This document shows positions 44,706-54,249 of a stretch of DNA of 64,000 nucleotides, piece by piece. Numbering within the stretch: the first letter of the stretch is position 1; each line of letters begins with the position of its first letter. Under the pieces are notes generated by a model, which worked only from the letters and a program-made list of their open reading frames with translations, was not told the DNA's origin and made no database searches. Both the position numbers and the translations under genes were made by a program. This stretch comes from Clostridiales bacterium (GTDB taxonomy: Bacteria; Bacillota; Dehalobacteriia; UBA7702): assembly GCA_040766505.1 (NCBI GenBank), contig JAXGQJ010000009.1, forward strand, positions 13,251 through 77,250, in the 5' to 3' direction.

Positions 44706-45674
44706 TTAAAAACCCTTTTGCCTATAGCCCGCTTCTTCCGCCAGAACCACCGGGATTTCCGGAACCGCCGAAATCTCCGCCGCCGCGGCTTCCACTGTTT
44801 CCAGCGGGGACGCCGCTTTTCCCTTGGCCAAAACAACGGAGCTGACGCCGGCCAAAATCAGGAGGGCGCCGCCGATCTGAATGGGCAAAATCTCATCGCC
44901 GAGAAATACGGCGCTGGTCACCATCGTGACGACGGGGGAAATATTGTTTAAAACCGTCGTTTTGACGACGCCGACAATCGGAATCGCCCGGTTCCAAATC
45001 AGATTGGAGACCAGGATCAAGCTGCTGGCCAATAAAAGCACGGTTTCGAACAAGGGCAAGTGTGTGAAAACCGGCGACGGGGATAAGAGCAGGGTCACGC
45101 TGGCCAGGGCGGCGGCGATGAAGGTGGCATAAGCCGTCGCCGCCAAAAATCCCAGAACCTCGACGAGGTATTTGGCGGAGATCATCGCAAGGCCATAGCC
45201 GGCGGCGCCAATAAACAAAATGAGCAGGCCCAAAGAAAAATTAACGCCGGTGCCGCGGCCCACGACGAGAAAGACACCGGTGAGGGCGATGACGGAGCCG
45301 GCGATCTTCCAACCGGAAAAATCTTCTTTCAAAATAATGCGGGCAAAAACCGCCGAAAGCAGCGGCGAAAGGGAGAATACGAGAGCGCCGGTGACGGCGT
45401 CGCAAAATTTGAGGCCGAAATTGTAGATCACGGCATTGAGATAATAACCGGCGACGGCCAAACAGAGCAGATGGAGGAAAAGTTGCTTGGGCACCCGCTT
45501 CCAGGAGGAGGTGAAGGTCAGCATCAGGGCAAAAAGGACGCTGGCGATCAATAGCCTGTAAGCGCCGATGGCCAGCGGCGAAAGGGTTCCCAGCAAAAAG
45601 CTGATGACGGGATAATAGACGCCATAGGCGAGAACCACCAGAATCAGGGGGCTATAGGTTTTGACCATATTCAT
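44706..45674 (-). CDS. EamA/DMT family transporter
   Basis: About 10 predicted TM helices in a two-EamA-repeat architecture. The start is taken at M13 after an AGGAAAAG RBS. Confidence 0.7.
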   Translation of the reverse strand: MNMVKTYSPLILVVLAYGVYYPVISFLLGTLSPLAIGAYRLLIASVLFALMLTFTSSWKRVPKQLFLHLLCLAVAGYYLNAVIYNFGLKFCDAVTGALVFSLSPLLSAVFARIILKEDFSGWKIAGSVIALTGVFLVVGRGTGVNFSLGLLILFIGAAGYGLAMISAKYLVEVLGFLAATAYATFIAAALASVTLLLSPSPVFTHLPLFETVLLLASSLILVSNLIWNRAIPIVGVVKTTVLNNISPVVTMVTSAVFLGDEILPIQIGGALLILAGVSSVVLAKGKAASPLETVEAAAAEISAVPEIPVVLAEEAGYRQKGF

Positions 45675-45846
45675 CTTTTCCTTTCTACGGGTGGCGCGGA
45701 CACCCCGCATGGACGGGAAGTTCTCCGCTTGATCCGGGCAAAGAGCGGAAAATTACCCCGTTTGCCGCCGGAAGCCGGTATATTTTCCTTTTTTTCCGCT
45801 ATCTATTATAAAGAACGGAAACAATCAGCCGAAAGAAGGTGAAAAC

Positions 45847-46383
45847 ATGAGCAAGAGAAGCCGAAATTCCGGCCCAACAGTCAATATAAACGATCTTGTG
45901 CAGGCCCTCAGACAATACAACCAAAATCCCCAGGGGGGGGGGGGCCCCCAAGCGGGAGGGCCGATGGGCAATATGAACCTCGGTTCGCTGGCGGGCCTCC
46001 TCGGCGGCCAGGGCGGCATGGGGATGCCGCAGATGCCCGGCATGGGCCAGGGAATGCCCCAGGTGCCCGGCATGGGCATGGGCATGGGCCAGGGATCCGG
46101 CCCGGGCCAGGGCGGCATGGGGATGCCACAGATGCCCGGCATGAATATGGGGCTGCCACAGATGCCTAGCATGGGCATGGGCATGGGGATGCCGCAGATG
46201 CCCGGCATGGGCCAGGGAATGCCGCAGATGCCCGGCATGGGGATGGGGATGCCGGGGATCAGCCAGATGACGCCCCAACCGGCGTCGGCCGGATCGCCGA
46301 ACCAAGGAGCAAGCAAAACCGATGACAAGAAGCTGCTGCAAACGCTTTTTGAACAGATTCTGCTCCTTTTAAAGGAAAAATAA
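45847..46383 (+). CDS. Met/Gly/Pro/Gln-rich tandem-repeat protein, function unknown
   Basis: AGGTGA RBS. 178 aa: a polar N-terminus, about 100 aa of (G)MGMPQMPGMGQG-type repeats, and a C-terminal amphipathic KKLLQTLFEQILLLLKEK. No signal peptide. Confidence 0.6.
   Translation: MSKRSRNSGPTVNINDLVQALRQYNQNPQGGGGPQAGGPMGNMNLGSLAGLLGGQGGMGMPQMPGMGQGMPQVPGMGMGMGQGSGPGQGGMGMPQMPGMNMGLPQMPSMGMGMGMPQMPGMGQGMPQMPGMGMGMPGISQMTPQPASAGSPNQGASKTDDKKLLQTLFEQILLLLKEK
45990..46260 (+). repeat. imperfect tandem DNA repeats encoding the MPQMPGMG units
   Basis: A segment of about 39 nt, GGGGATGCCGCAGATGCCCGGCATGGGCCAGGGAATGCC, recurs near 46019 and 46186, with shorter ATGGGCATGGG iterations in between. Confidence 0.7.
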
Positions 46384-46425
46384 AGTGCGGGGCCTTTTCC
46401 GGCGGCCGGAACCCGCCGGAAAGGC

Positions 46426-47211
46426 TTATGCTCTCCTCCGCTTCCGCCTTCCTTTGGTTGGCGGATTTTTTTCGTCCGCTTTCTTCCCGCCGCGGTTGCG
46501 CCAAAAGAGCAAGGCAAGGCCCAGGAGAAGCAGAACTACGCTCATGACCTGGGCCGCCCGGAGCGGGCCCAGCATCAGACTATCGGTGCGCAGACCCTCG
46601 ATAAAAAAGCGGCCGGCGGAATAGAGCACGAGATAGGCGAGAAAAACATTGCCCTCTTTTTTGGCGCGGGGGAAAAACAACAGCAACAGCAAAAAGATGG
46701 CGAAATCAAGAATGGATTCATATAGAAAGGTCGGATGGCGCATCTCCCCATCGATGGAAATGGCCCAGGGAAGGTCGGTTGCGGTGCCGTAGGCCTCCCG
46801 GTTGATAAAATTCCCCCAGCGGCCGATCGCTTGCCCCAGGGCCAGCGGCGCCACGAGAACGTCGGCGATCTGCCAAACATTTTCCCGATAATGGCGGCAG
46901 GCCAGAACCAGCCCGGCCAAGCCGAACAGAAGGCCGCCGTGGATCGCCAGGCCCCCCTGCCAGGTGGCAATGATGGCGCCGGGAACCTCCCGATAATAAG
47001 ACCAATGAAAGAGCACATAATACAAGCGCGCCCCAACGATGGCGGCGGGAATGACGATCAAGAGGATGCTCCACAAGGCTTCGCTGTCGATGCCCCGTTT
47101 TTTGGCCAGGCGGGAAGCGATGGCGACGCCGAGCAAAAAGGCAATGCTGATCAAGATGCCATACCAGCGGATGGGCCAGCCAAAAATCGTAAATGCCACC
47201 GGATCGATCAT
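46426..47211 (-). CDS. lgt: prolipoprotein diacylglyceryl transferase
   Basis: MIDPVAFTIFGWPIRWYGILI..., GGLAIHGG, GRWGNFINREAYG. Basic C-terminal tail. Confidence 0.88.
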   Translation of the reverse strand: MIDPVAFTIFGWPIRWYGILISIAFLLGVAIASRLAKKRGIDSEALWSILLIVIPAAIVGARLYYVLFHWSYYREVPGAIIATWQGGLAIHGGLLFGLAGLVLACRHYRENVWQIADVLVAPLALGQAIGRWGNFINREAYGTATDLPWAISIDGEMRHPTFLYESILDFAIFLLLLLFFPRAKKEGNVFLAYLVLYSAGRFFIEGLRTDSLMLGPLRAAQVMSVVLLLLGLALLFWRNRGGKKADEKNPPTKGRRKRRRA

Positions 47212-47541
47212 AAATGTTTCCCCTTTAAAGCTTGAAACTTGCGAATGCCCGCCGCCCCCGGCCGACGCTTCCACTACATCATGACAAAAGAAAAGGCCCC
47301 TGTCAATGGGAAAAGGGCCAAAAACTACAATTTCTTATCGGATTGCGCGATCAATGAACTTTTTGCCGGATCACGCTGCGGTCATTACACATAGAAAAAA
47401 ATTGTGCGGCTCGAGAACTACCGACAATAAGTCGGGTTAAAATGGCCGTTGCCTTTCACCGGATCCATATTGTGAAAACAGCCATCAAAAGCGTGGGGTT
47501 GCAATCATTGGCATTCATTTAAAACAGCCCGGTTCACAAAC

Positions 47542-47578
47542 AAAAATCGGCCGAAATCTTTGTTTCGAGCCGATTTTT
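47542..47578. terminator. terminator-like hairpin upstream of ilvA
   Basis: AAAAATCGGCCGAAA-tctttg-TTTCGAGCCGATTTTT: an 11-12 bp stem with one bulge, flanked by an A5 tract and a T5 tract. Confidence 0.5.
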
Positions 47579-47647
47579 CGTATTCATGTCTTGAATGGTT
47601 GACAGAAATATGGGATAATAGGAAATTAAAAGCCCCGGAGGTGCAAA

Positions 47648-48898
47648 ATGGACATACAGGCACAATAAATTCCCTGAGGAATTTATCAAAGCCGAAAGGG
47701 CTTTTGCAACAAATTTTAAAAAACCGATCCGCTGGAAAAATGAAATCCTGTCGGAGATGTATGGTTGCAATCTCTATTTAAAGCGGGAGGATCTGCAAAC
47801 GGTGCGCGCTCCTTTTAAGATTCGCGGCGCTACAATAAGATGAGCCGCCTCAGCCAAGAGGAGCGGACAATGGCATCGTCTGCGCCAGCGCCGGCAACCA
47901 CGCCCAAGGCGTCGCCTATTCCTGCCGGGCACGTGCTGCCGCGGCACGATCTTCATGCCGGTGACAACGCCGAAACAGAAGGTAGACCAGGTGCGCCGCT
48001 TCGGCAATGGCTGCGTCGACATCGTCCTCAAAGGCGATACCTATGACGATTCCTGCGCCGCGGCCCAGAATTTTTGCCGCGAGCAGGGCATGGTTTTCAT
48101 CCACCCCTTTGACGATCCCCTCGTCATCGCGGGCTAGCAGCATCGGCCTGGAAATCTTGAACGACCGGGTGGGAAAAATCGATCATATCTTCGCCCCGAT
48201 CGGCGGCGGTGGCGGCCTGGCCGCCGGTATCGGCGCTTACAGCAAGGCAGATCAGCCCGGAAACCAAGATCATCGGCGTGAGCCGCTGGGCGGCGCTTCG
48301 ATGAAGCTTCTCTGGAACGGGGCGAAGTGACCCTCTTCCGGAGGTGGATCGTTTTGTGGACGGCGCGGCGGTCAAACGGGTCGGGGAATTGACCTATGCG
48401 ATTTGCAAAGAAGTCCTCGACGACATCGTCGCCGTTCCGGAAGGGAAAATCTGCACTTCCATCCTGTCCTCTATAACCATTGCGCCATCGTTTTGACCGC
48501 CGGGGCTCCTTTCCTTGGCGGCGCTACCGGCAAGGACAGGATCGCCGGAAAAAACGTCGTCGCCGTCATCAGCGGCGGCAACAATGACATCTCCCGTATG
48601 CAGGAGATCAAGGAACGATCCTTGCTTTATGAAAATCTACAGCATTACTTCATCATCGATTTCCTGTGCTGTCCCGGCGCTTTAAAGGAATTCGTAGGAG
48701 GTTTTGGGCCCCAATGACGACATTACCCGCTTCGAATACACGAAATCGAACAATAAGGAAAAGGGCCCCACCCTCGTCGGAATTGAGCTGCAAAGCCCCG
48801 ACGATTATCAGCCCCTGCTCGACCGTTTGGACGCCAAAGGCTTCCGCTATACCGTCATCAACCAAAGCAAGCAGCTTTTTAATCTTTTCGTACTCTAA
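47648..48898 (+). pseudogene. ilvA: threonine ammonia-lyase (biosynthetic type with a C-terminal regulatory domain), at least 6 frameshifts
   Basis: GGAGGTG RBS and ATG at 47648. [51 protein letters not shown] and the tail ...FRYTVINQSKQLFNLFVL are readable only by repeated frame switching. Confidence 0.8.
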
Positions 48899-48913
48899 AG
48901 GCCGGGAAGGCAA

Positions 48914-48958
48914 CCGGCCCGCCATCCGTTTTAAGCGTATGGCCGGGCCGGTTTTTTT
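48914..48958 (+). terminator. rho-independent terminator of ilvA
   Basis: CCGGCCCGCCAT...ATGGCCGGGCCGG stem (about 12 bp, one bulge) followed by T7. Confidence 0.7.
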
Positions 48959-49008
48959 ATCCGCGCTTTCCTCTCATTGTTCCGCCGTCGGCTTGGGCGG
49001 CGGCCCTT

Positions 49009-49881
49009 TTAAACATCAATGGCGGCGGCCCAATGATTGGCCAAAGCGGCAAACTCCGCGAAGGACAAGGTTTCCCCCCGGCGCGACGGGTCGATGCCGG
49101 CGGCGGCCAGCAGCGACAATGCCTCTTCCTTGCCGAGGCCCAGGCCGCCCTGGGCCAAGGCATTGGCCAGTGTTTTCCGCCTTTGGGCGAAGGCCGCCTG
49201 CACCAGCTTCTTGAAACCGGCCCGATCCGCCACCGGCGCGGGGGGCGCTTCCCGCCGGGTCAGCCGCAGCACCGCCGATTCCACCTTAGGCGCCGGACGA
49301 AAGGCGGTGGGGGGCAGGGTAAAAAGAATTTCCGCGTCGGCGTCATAGGCCACCGACAGGGTCAGCACGCCGTAAGCCTTGCCGCCGGGGGCGGCGACGA
49401 TCCGCTCCGCCACTTCCTTCTGCACCATCAAGGTCATATCCGACCAGAAACCGCGGTTTTCCAGGAAATGGAAGAGCAATGGCGTTGTGATATAATAAGG
49501 CAAATTGGCGACGATGCGGAAAGGCCCCGTAAAGCCCCGTTCCGCGCCGGCGGCGGCCACCGCGGCGAAATCGAGCTTCAGGCCGTCGCCCTGGACGATC
49601 CGCACCCGCCCCTCCCCGGCAAACACTTCTTCCAAAATCGCCACCAGTTCCCGGTCAAGCTCAACGCCATAGACGAAACCGGCGGTTTCCGCCAGGGCCG
49701 CCGTTAAAAACCCCATGCCCGGGCCGATCTCCAGCGCCATATCATCGGGGCTTAGCCCCGCGGCGACGGCCCGGAGGCAATCCGGATCCACCAGGAAGTT
49801 TTGGCCCAGCCTCTTTTTAAAACGGAAATCGTGCTTTTTCATTAAAATTCGGGTTCTTGTTTCCAATAACCGGTCTGCCAT
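49009..49881 (-). CDS. rsmA: 16S rRNA (adenine1518/1519-N6)-dimethyltransferase
   Basis: KKRLGQNFLVD and EIGPGMG SAM motif. GGAGG RBS before M28 of the track ORF. Confidence 0.88.
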   Translation of the reverse strand: MADRLLETRTRILMKKHDFRFKKRLGQNFLVDPDCLRAVAAGLSPDDMALEIGPGMGFLTAALAETAGFVYGVELDRELVAILEEVFAGEGRVRIVQGDGLKLDFAAVAAAGAERGFTGPFRIVANLPYYITTPLLFHFLENRGFWSDMTLMVQKEVAERIVAAPGGKAYGVLTLSVAYDADAEILFTLPPTAFRPAPKVESAVLRLTRREAPPAPVADRAGFKKLVQAAFAQRRKTLANALAQGGLGLGKEEALSLLAAAGIDPSRRGETLSFAEFAALANHWAAAIDV

Positions 49882-50087
49882 TTGTCCTCCCCAATGCCGT
49901 ACTGGCTTTATTGTACCACAAATAAGGGATTTGAAAAGGGGCGGCAAGAAAACCGGCGGCATTGGGCTACAGACCGAAAGGCTTCAAGAAGCGGCCTGGG
50001 GCCGGGCGCGCACAAAAGGCCTGCCCGCAGATATGGAGAGGTAAGGGGCCGGTCTTTTGGGCAATGGCGTCATCGGCCGTTTATTGA

Positions 50088-50129
50088 TAGTCTGAGAGGG
50101 AGGCGCAACCGCGCCTCCCCCTTAGACTG
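50088..50129. repeat. GC-rich palindromic hairpin, copy 1
   Basis: Core GGGAGGCGC-aacc-GCGCCTCCC (50098-50119), extended by an imperfect TAGTCTGAGA / CTTAGACTGA stem. Confidence 0.7.
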
Positions 50130-50331
50130 AAGAAAAACTCCCTGCGCAGCGACCTTGGACGATCCGCAAAAAGATTTTGGGAAAGGATCGGCAGCCGTTA
50201 CATGGAACGTGGCGTCGAAAAATTTATTGTATAACAGGGGATCGTCTGAACGGGGGCCAGGCCCCGCTTTCAGGTATCTCAATCTATAGCGCCGTAGGCG
50301 CGTCGGCTTCTTGACTTTGTCTACAAACTAA

Positions 50332-50360
50332 GGGAGGCGCAACCGCGCCTCCCTCTTTTT
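50332..50360. repeat. GC-rich palindromic hairpin, copy 2 (identical core; T-tract on the plus strand)
   Basis: The same 22-nt core, GGGAGGCGCAACCGCGCCTCCC (50332-50353), followed by TCTTTTT. Confidence 0.7.
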
Positions 50361-50422
50361 CATTATCAAAATGCAAAGTTCGTTTAGTCAGTTTTTGGCC
50401 GGATCATGGCGGGACAGCGCCC

Positions 50423-51484
50423 TTATTCCAAAATCCAGACCTTCAACGTTTTCACACCCCAATTTACACATTCGGCTTCCGTATCCAAAAATACGTCCAC
50501 TTTATTGCCTTTGATGGCGCCACCGGTATCCTCGGCGACACAGAACCCGTAACCTTCCACATACAACTTCGATCCCAGAGGAATCACGCTCGGATCCACA
50601 GCGATGGCGCCAACTCTTGGGGTAGTACCCATTTTCGTTTTGCTGCCATCGTGGGTATAGGCCGTCGCTTTGCAAGTCAATACTTTTGTATAGCTCATGC
50701 CGTTCGGCGCCGTTCCTTTAGATGAACTTGATGCGGAGGTGCCACTGCCGGTACTGGTCTTGGCCGTACCCGATTGGGAGCGGGACGCGACCTCGTAGTT
50801 ACCTTGGGCGATGATTTCCGGAACAGGATCCAACACTTCCCGGGAAACAAGTTCCTTTCCGGACACTTCTCCATCAATATACGTTACTTTATAAACTTCC
50901 TTTTTTGTGCCGTTTACACCGGCTTGCAATGTCTTCTTCTTTCCAGCCGCCAATGTGCTGTCTTTTTTAATCTCGACAGGATAATCAATTGTATATTCGC
51001 GGGTTATGAATTCCGTCTCCACACGGCTGACGACAATCACCGTGCCGTCCCCTACCACATCTTCAACTCCCGGTTCCACCGCGTCGTTTTCACCCAGCAG
51101 GATACCGTTCATCATCAATATCTCCCCTACCGTGGTCGGGACTGTATTTAGTTTTATTTCTTCGCCATCCGCTTGAATCGCAATGTCTACGGCCCTCTTT
51201 ATTTCTATCCGTTGTTGGTCCTCCAACTTCTGATCCAAAGCGGCATTGATGCCGTCGTTTTCCCCAAGCACAATGCCGATCTCCGCCAGCACACCCTCAA
51301 CCGTATCCGAGAAGGTATAGACACTGCGTTCGCTCCCATCGATCGAAATGGTCAAATGTTTTTGCGACGCATAATAAGCCCAAACGCCAGAACCGAGCAT
51401 AAAGAAAAGAAGTATTGCAGAGATTACAATGCCGGCTTTTCGGGATTTTGGCGCTTTGGCCCCATCTCTTTCAGCAGAAGACAT
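50423..51484 (-). CDS. YabE/RpfB-like cell-wall protein (DUF348 repeats + G5 + 3D domain)
   Basis: N-terminal TM anchor and a G5-like segment. The C-terminal 3D domain reads CKATAYTHDGSKTKMGTTPRVGAIAVDPSVIPLGSKLYVEGYG...DTGGAIKGNKVDVFL. ATG at 51484 lies 6 nt after GGAGG. Confidence 0.82.
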   Translation of the reverse strand: MSSAERDGAKAPKSRKAGIVISAILLFFMLGSGVWAYYASQKHLTISIDGSERSVYTFSDTVEGVLAEIGIVLGENDGINAALDQKLEDQQRIEIKRAVDIAIQADGEEIKLNTVPTTVGEILMMNGILLGENDAVEPGVEDVVGDGTVIVVSRVETEFITREYTIDYPVEIKKDSTLAAGKKKTLQAGVNGTKKEVYKVTYIDGEVSGKELVSREVLDPVPEIIAQGNYEVASRSQSGTAKTSTGSGTSASSSSKGTAPNGMSYTKVLTCKATAYTHDGSKTKMGTTPRVGAIAVDPSVIPLGSKLYVEGYGFCVAEDTGGAIKGNKVDVFLDTEAECVNWGVKTLKVWILE

Positions 51485-51510
51485 GAACACCTCCTTCCAA
51501 CTTTGTCAAT

Positions 51511-51539
51511 ATTATACCCATTTGTTGCATGACTGTCAA
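51511..51539 (-). promoter_or_regulatory. perfect consensus sigma-A promoter of the yabE-like gene
   Basis: On the minus strand: TTGACA (51539-51534), 17 nt, then TATAAT (51516-51511). Confidence 0.7.
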
Positions 51540-51938
51540 ATCGCCGCCCGCAAGGATTCCCCAGCTTGTGGCCTTGGCATTCTATGCAATATCCATTTTT
51601 TTTATTCTAAATATCCACAGCATTGCGGGAACGGTTTTTCGCTTTATGATCTTTGCGCCTGTTCCCGGTCTTAGGGGGCGGCGAAAAAATGAATCGCCCG
51701 CATAATGCAAACCCGACGGGGGCGGGGAAAAAATCAAGATTCTTTTTTAGAAATGAAAATTTTAAAATGCCTGCTTGAAGGCACCGCCTTGCAAGGTACG
51801 ACCATTTTGGAATAAAGTTTCGACAAAGTTTGCTCTGTATAGTATTCAGTTTATGAATAGTTTTGCAGAAACCTTCGTTTATAAGGGCTTATGAAAAAGG
51901 CAAAATGCATAGAAAACAGCGGCGGGGGCCTTTTTCCG

Positions 51939-53119
51939 TCAATTTACCTCTTTTTCCCCGGCGGCGGGAACAAAATTCCCCAAATCTCCATAGGTTTCCA
52001 CCACCAGCCGCACCGTCACGCCCTCCCCATTCCCGGCCACGGGGAAGGCTTCCTCCTTCACGATGCGGGCGCCGGCGGCGATCTTCGTTACCAGCATGGC
52101 GGAGCCCGTTCCAGCGCGATTTTGCGCTTCCTCCTCGCTGTATCCGCCTTCTTTCACCGCCAGTTCCTCCCGGTTTACCAATTCCAGCCGCAGAGGGCCC
52201 CAATGGCGGTTTGTTTTTTTCTCCTCATAGTCGACGAAGCCGTTCTCTTTCGCCCCCCAAAGCACATATTCCCGTTCCTTCCAATACAGGCCGATATAAT
52301 CCTGGTGGACACCGGTGGGCCGCGGCTTCAGCTCGCCGATGCCGCAGGAAGCCGTCGCTCGTACCAGACGGAACCGCGCACCAGCCCCTCAGGATGCACC
52401 GAATAAGCGGAACCTGTGCCGGGCTCCGCCGGTGTCACGGTGCCGGAGATGAGCACGTCACCGGCCCGCACCGCGACGCCGACTTCCACCTTCTTTTGCC
52501 CTTTCATCACAAATATTTCACGGACGACGCCGTCGCTTTTGGCGACGATGTCGCCGATCCCATCGTTTTCCGGCGGCGGTTTTTCCCGTTCCACCAGCCG
52601 GATTTGGACAAAAACACCGTCCTTCCGAAAGCCGACCCAGGCATATCCGTCGGTGCGCCGCAGAATGTCCTCCGCCGCCGCCTGCCAATCGAGCTCCCAG
52701 GCGAGGGCATAGGGCCGGATGCCATGGGCCGCCGAGATCGCGAGAATTTTGGCCTTCTCCTGGGCCGTCAGGGCTTTTTCCGTTTCGATTTCCACCTTGA
52801 GGATGCTTTGGGAGAACAGAACGAGCAGCAGAAAGCCGACGACGAGGGCGGATAAAAACGATTTCCTGCGGCGCAGGCGGCGCAGGGTGATCGGCAGCCC
52901 CTGTTTTTCTATAACTTCCAGGCTACAGCCGGCGGCCTTGGCCACATAGCGCACCGCCTTTAAGCTCCTGAGAGAAACATCGGCCAACAGCACGCCGCCG
53001 CCCAAATCCCTGAGGTTCCAAATTTCGATATTTCTTTGGGTGGCCAGGTTGATGAAGCGCTCCTGGGCGCCGCCGACGATGCGCAAACGGCAAAACCCGG
53101 CGAGACGGTGGCTGAACAT
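51939..53119 (-). pseudogene. yqfD: sporulation protein YqfD, one frameshift near 52330
   Basis: MFSHRLAGFCRLRIVGGAQERFINLATQRNIEIWNL..., one TM helix, and a C-terminal part continuing in ORF 51939..52265. GGAGG RBS before 53119. Confidence 0.75.
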
Positions 53120-53292
53120 AGCGTCCTCCTTCGCAAACAACGATGAAAGGGGGCAAAAAGCCAAAAGTCGGCTGAGGGGGCGGACGGAACCGATGCCGGT
53201 GCCGTTGGAGCGGGTCGGCGCCCGGAAGCCGACGGGTCGATCGGGCCGCACCGGCGGCACTTGGCTGCCGCAGCCGTTTCATCCGTATATCG

Positions 53293-53574
53293 TTAAATCA
53301 GATTGACAAAGGCGATGCTTTTAATTTTGCCTTCGACGACCAATTCATCGGGTTTTAGAACCGGCAGCGTCAGCCCTTCGCCGCAAATTTCCAGATTGCC
53401 GCCGCGATAGGCGATCTTGATCAGGTCCTCCTGATAGTGAAGGATGCCATTGTGGTTTTCCAGAAAGAGGCTGCGATCCCCGGTGAGGACAATCCGCGGC
53501 ATGTGGTAGACGATTTCGCCGGGAACCGACAGTACGTCGGTCATCACTTCGTTCCAGCGATCCTTTTTGCTCAT
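53293..53574 (-). CDS. yqfC: sporulation protein YqfC
   Basis: 93 aa: LSVPGEIVYHMPRIVLTGDRSLFLENHNGILHYQEDLI. Directly upstream of yqfD, as in Bacillus. Confidence 0.8.
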   Translation of the reverse strand: MSKKDRWNEVMTDVLSVPGEIVYHMPRIVLTGDRSLFLENHNGILHYQEDLIKIAYRGGNLEICGEGLTLPVLKPDELVVEGKIKSIAFVNLI

Positions 53575-53675
53575 TTTACGATCCCTCCCCCTTATCCTAT
53601 TCGGGAAACGGCCGCTTCATGCTTATGGCCCCAGGCGGGTGAAAAAGCCTGCGGCCTTCCCGGAGAGCGGGACGC

Positions 53676-53707
53676 AAAAAAACCCCGGGGTCCATCATGT
53701 GCCGGGG
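53676..53707 (-). terminator. rho-independent terminator of the GNAT gene
   Basis: CCCCGG-12 nt-CCGGGG stem followed by T7 on the minus strand. Confidence 0.55.
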
Positions 53708-53790
53708 CATCATGGGGAACCGGGGTTTTGAAACCGGGGCCTTGGCCGCCTACACTCGCCATACCGGGCAAAACTTTATCTCGCTGCCGG

Positions 53791-54249
53791 TTATAACGGT
53801 TTTACCACCGCGACCTCCTCGCATTCCGGGAATTTGGGACAGTCGATGCAATCCCGCCAAACCTTTTGGGGCAGGCTTTTGTGGGGTACTTCCTCATAGC
53901 CGTTCTTCCGAAAGAAGCCCGCCTGGTAGGTAAGGGCAAACAGCTTGGGCAAGCCCAGCTCCCGCGCTTCTTCCTCCAATTCGGCGACGATGCGGCTGCC
54001 GACGCCTTGCCGACTATAGGAATCGGTGACGACGAGGGAACGCACCTCCGCCAGGTCGTTCCAAAGAATGCGCAGGCCGCCCACGGCGACGATCTCGCCA
54101 TCGTCCTCCGCCACCACATATTCCCGCACATTTTCATAGAGGCTTTGCCGGGAACGGGCGAGCATGACGCCTTTGGTGGAATGGGACATGATCAATTTAT
54201 GAATGTCCTCCACATCTTCAATTTTTGCTTTCCGGTAGACGATGCCCAC
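53791..54249 (-). CDS. GNAT family N-acetyltransferase (ArgA-like short form)
   Basis: 152 aa with the acetyl-CoA motif RQGVGSRIVAELE and a C-terminal Cys cluster, CIDCPKFPEC. Confidence 0.7.
   Translation of the reverse strand: MGIVYRKAKIEDVEDIHKLIMSHSTKGVMLARSRQSLYENVREYVVAEDDGEIVAVGGLRILWNDLAEVRSLVVTDSYSRQGVGSRIVAELEEEARELGLPKLFALTYQAGFFRKNGYEEVPHKSLPQKVWRDCIDCPKFPECEEVAVVKPL

Noticed and set aside
45799-46517. Minus-strand His/Ala/Pro-rich ORFs (45799..46341, 45825..46517) overlapping the Met-rich repeat gene
   Set aside because: They mirror the repeat on the opposite strand, lack an RBS, and run into lgt. The plus-strand ORF has a proper AGGTGA RBS and defined termini.
47290-47647. T-box leader for ilvA
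   Set aside because: No T-box consensus (GGGTGGTACCGCG-like) or specifier-loop/GA-motif arrangement could be found on the plus strand.
49882-50422. A degraded rnmV (RNase M5) gene between the yabE-like gene and rsmA
   Set aside because: The gap has about the right size. But no frame on the minus strand gives a Toprim-like N-terminus or any ORF longer than a few dozen codons, even allowing single frameshifts.
51491-51760. c-di-AMP (ydaO-type) riboswitch upstream of the yabE-like cell-wall gene
   Set aside because: I considered it because, as I recall, that riboswitch often precedes cell-wall hydrolase genes and the region contains GAATC/ACCCGA-like strings. However, the consensus promoter lies only about 20 nt from the RBS, leaving no room for a leader. 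The similar strings are on the opposite strand.
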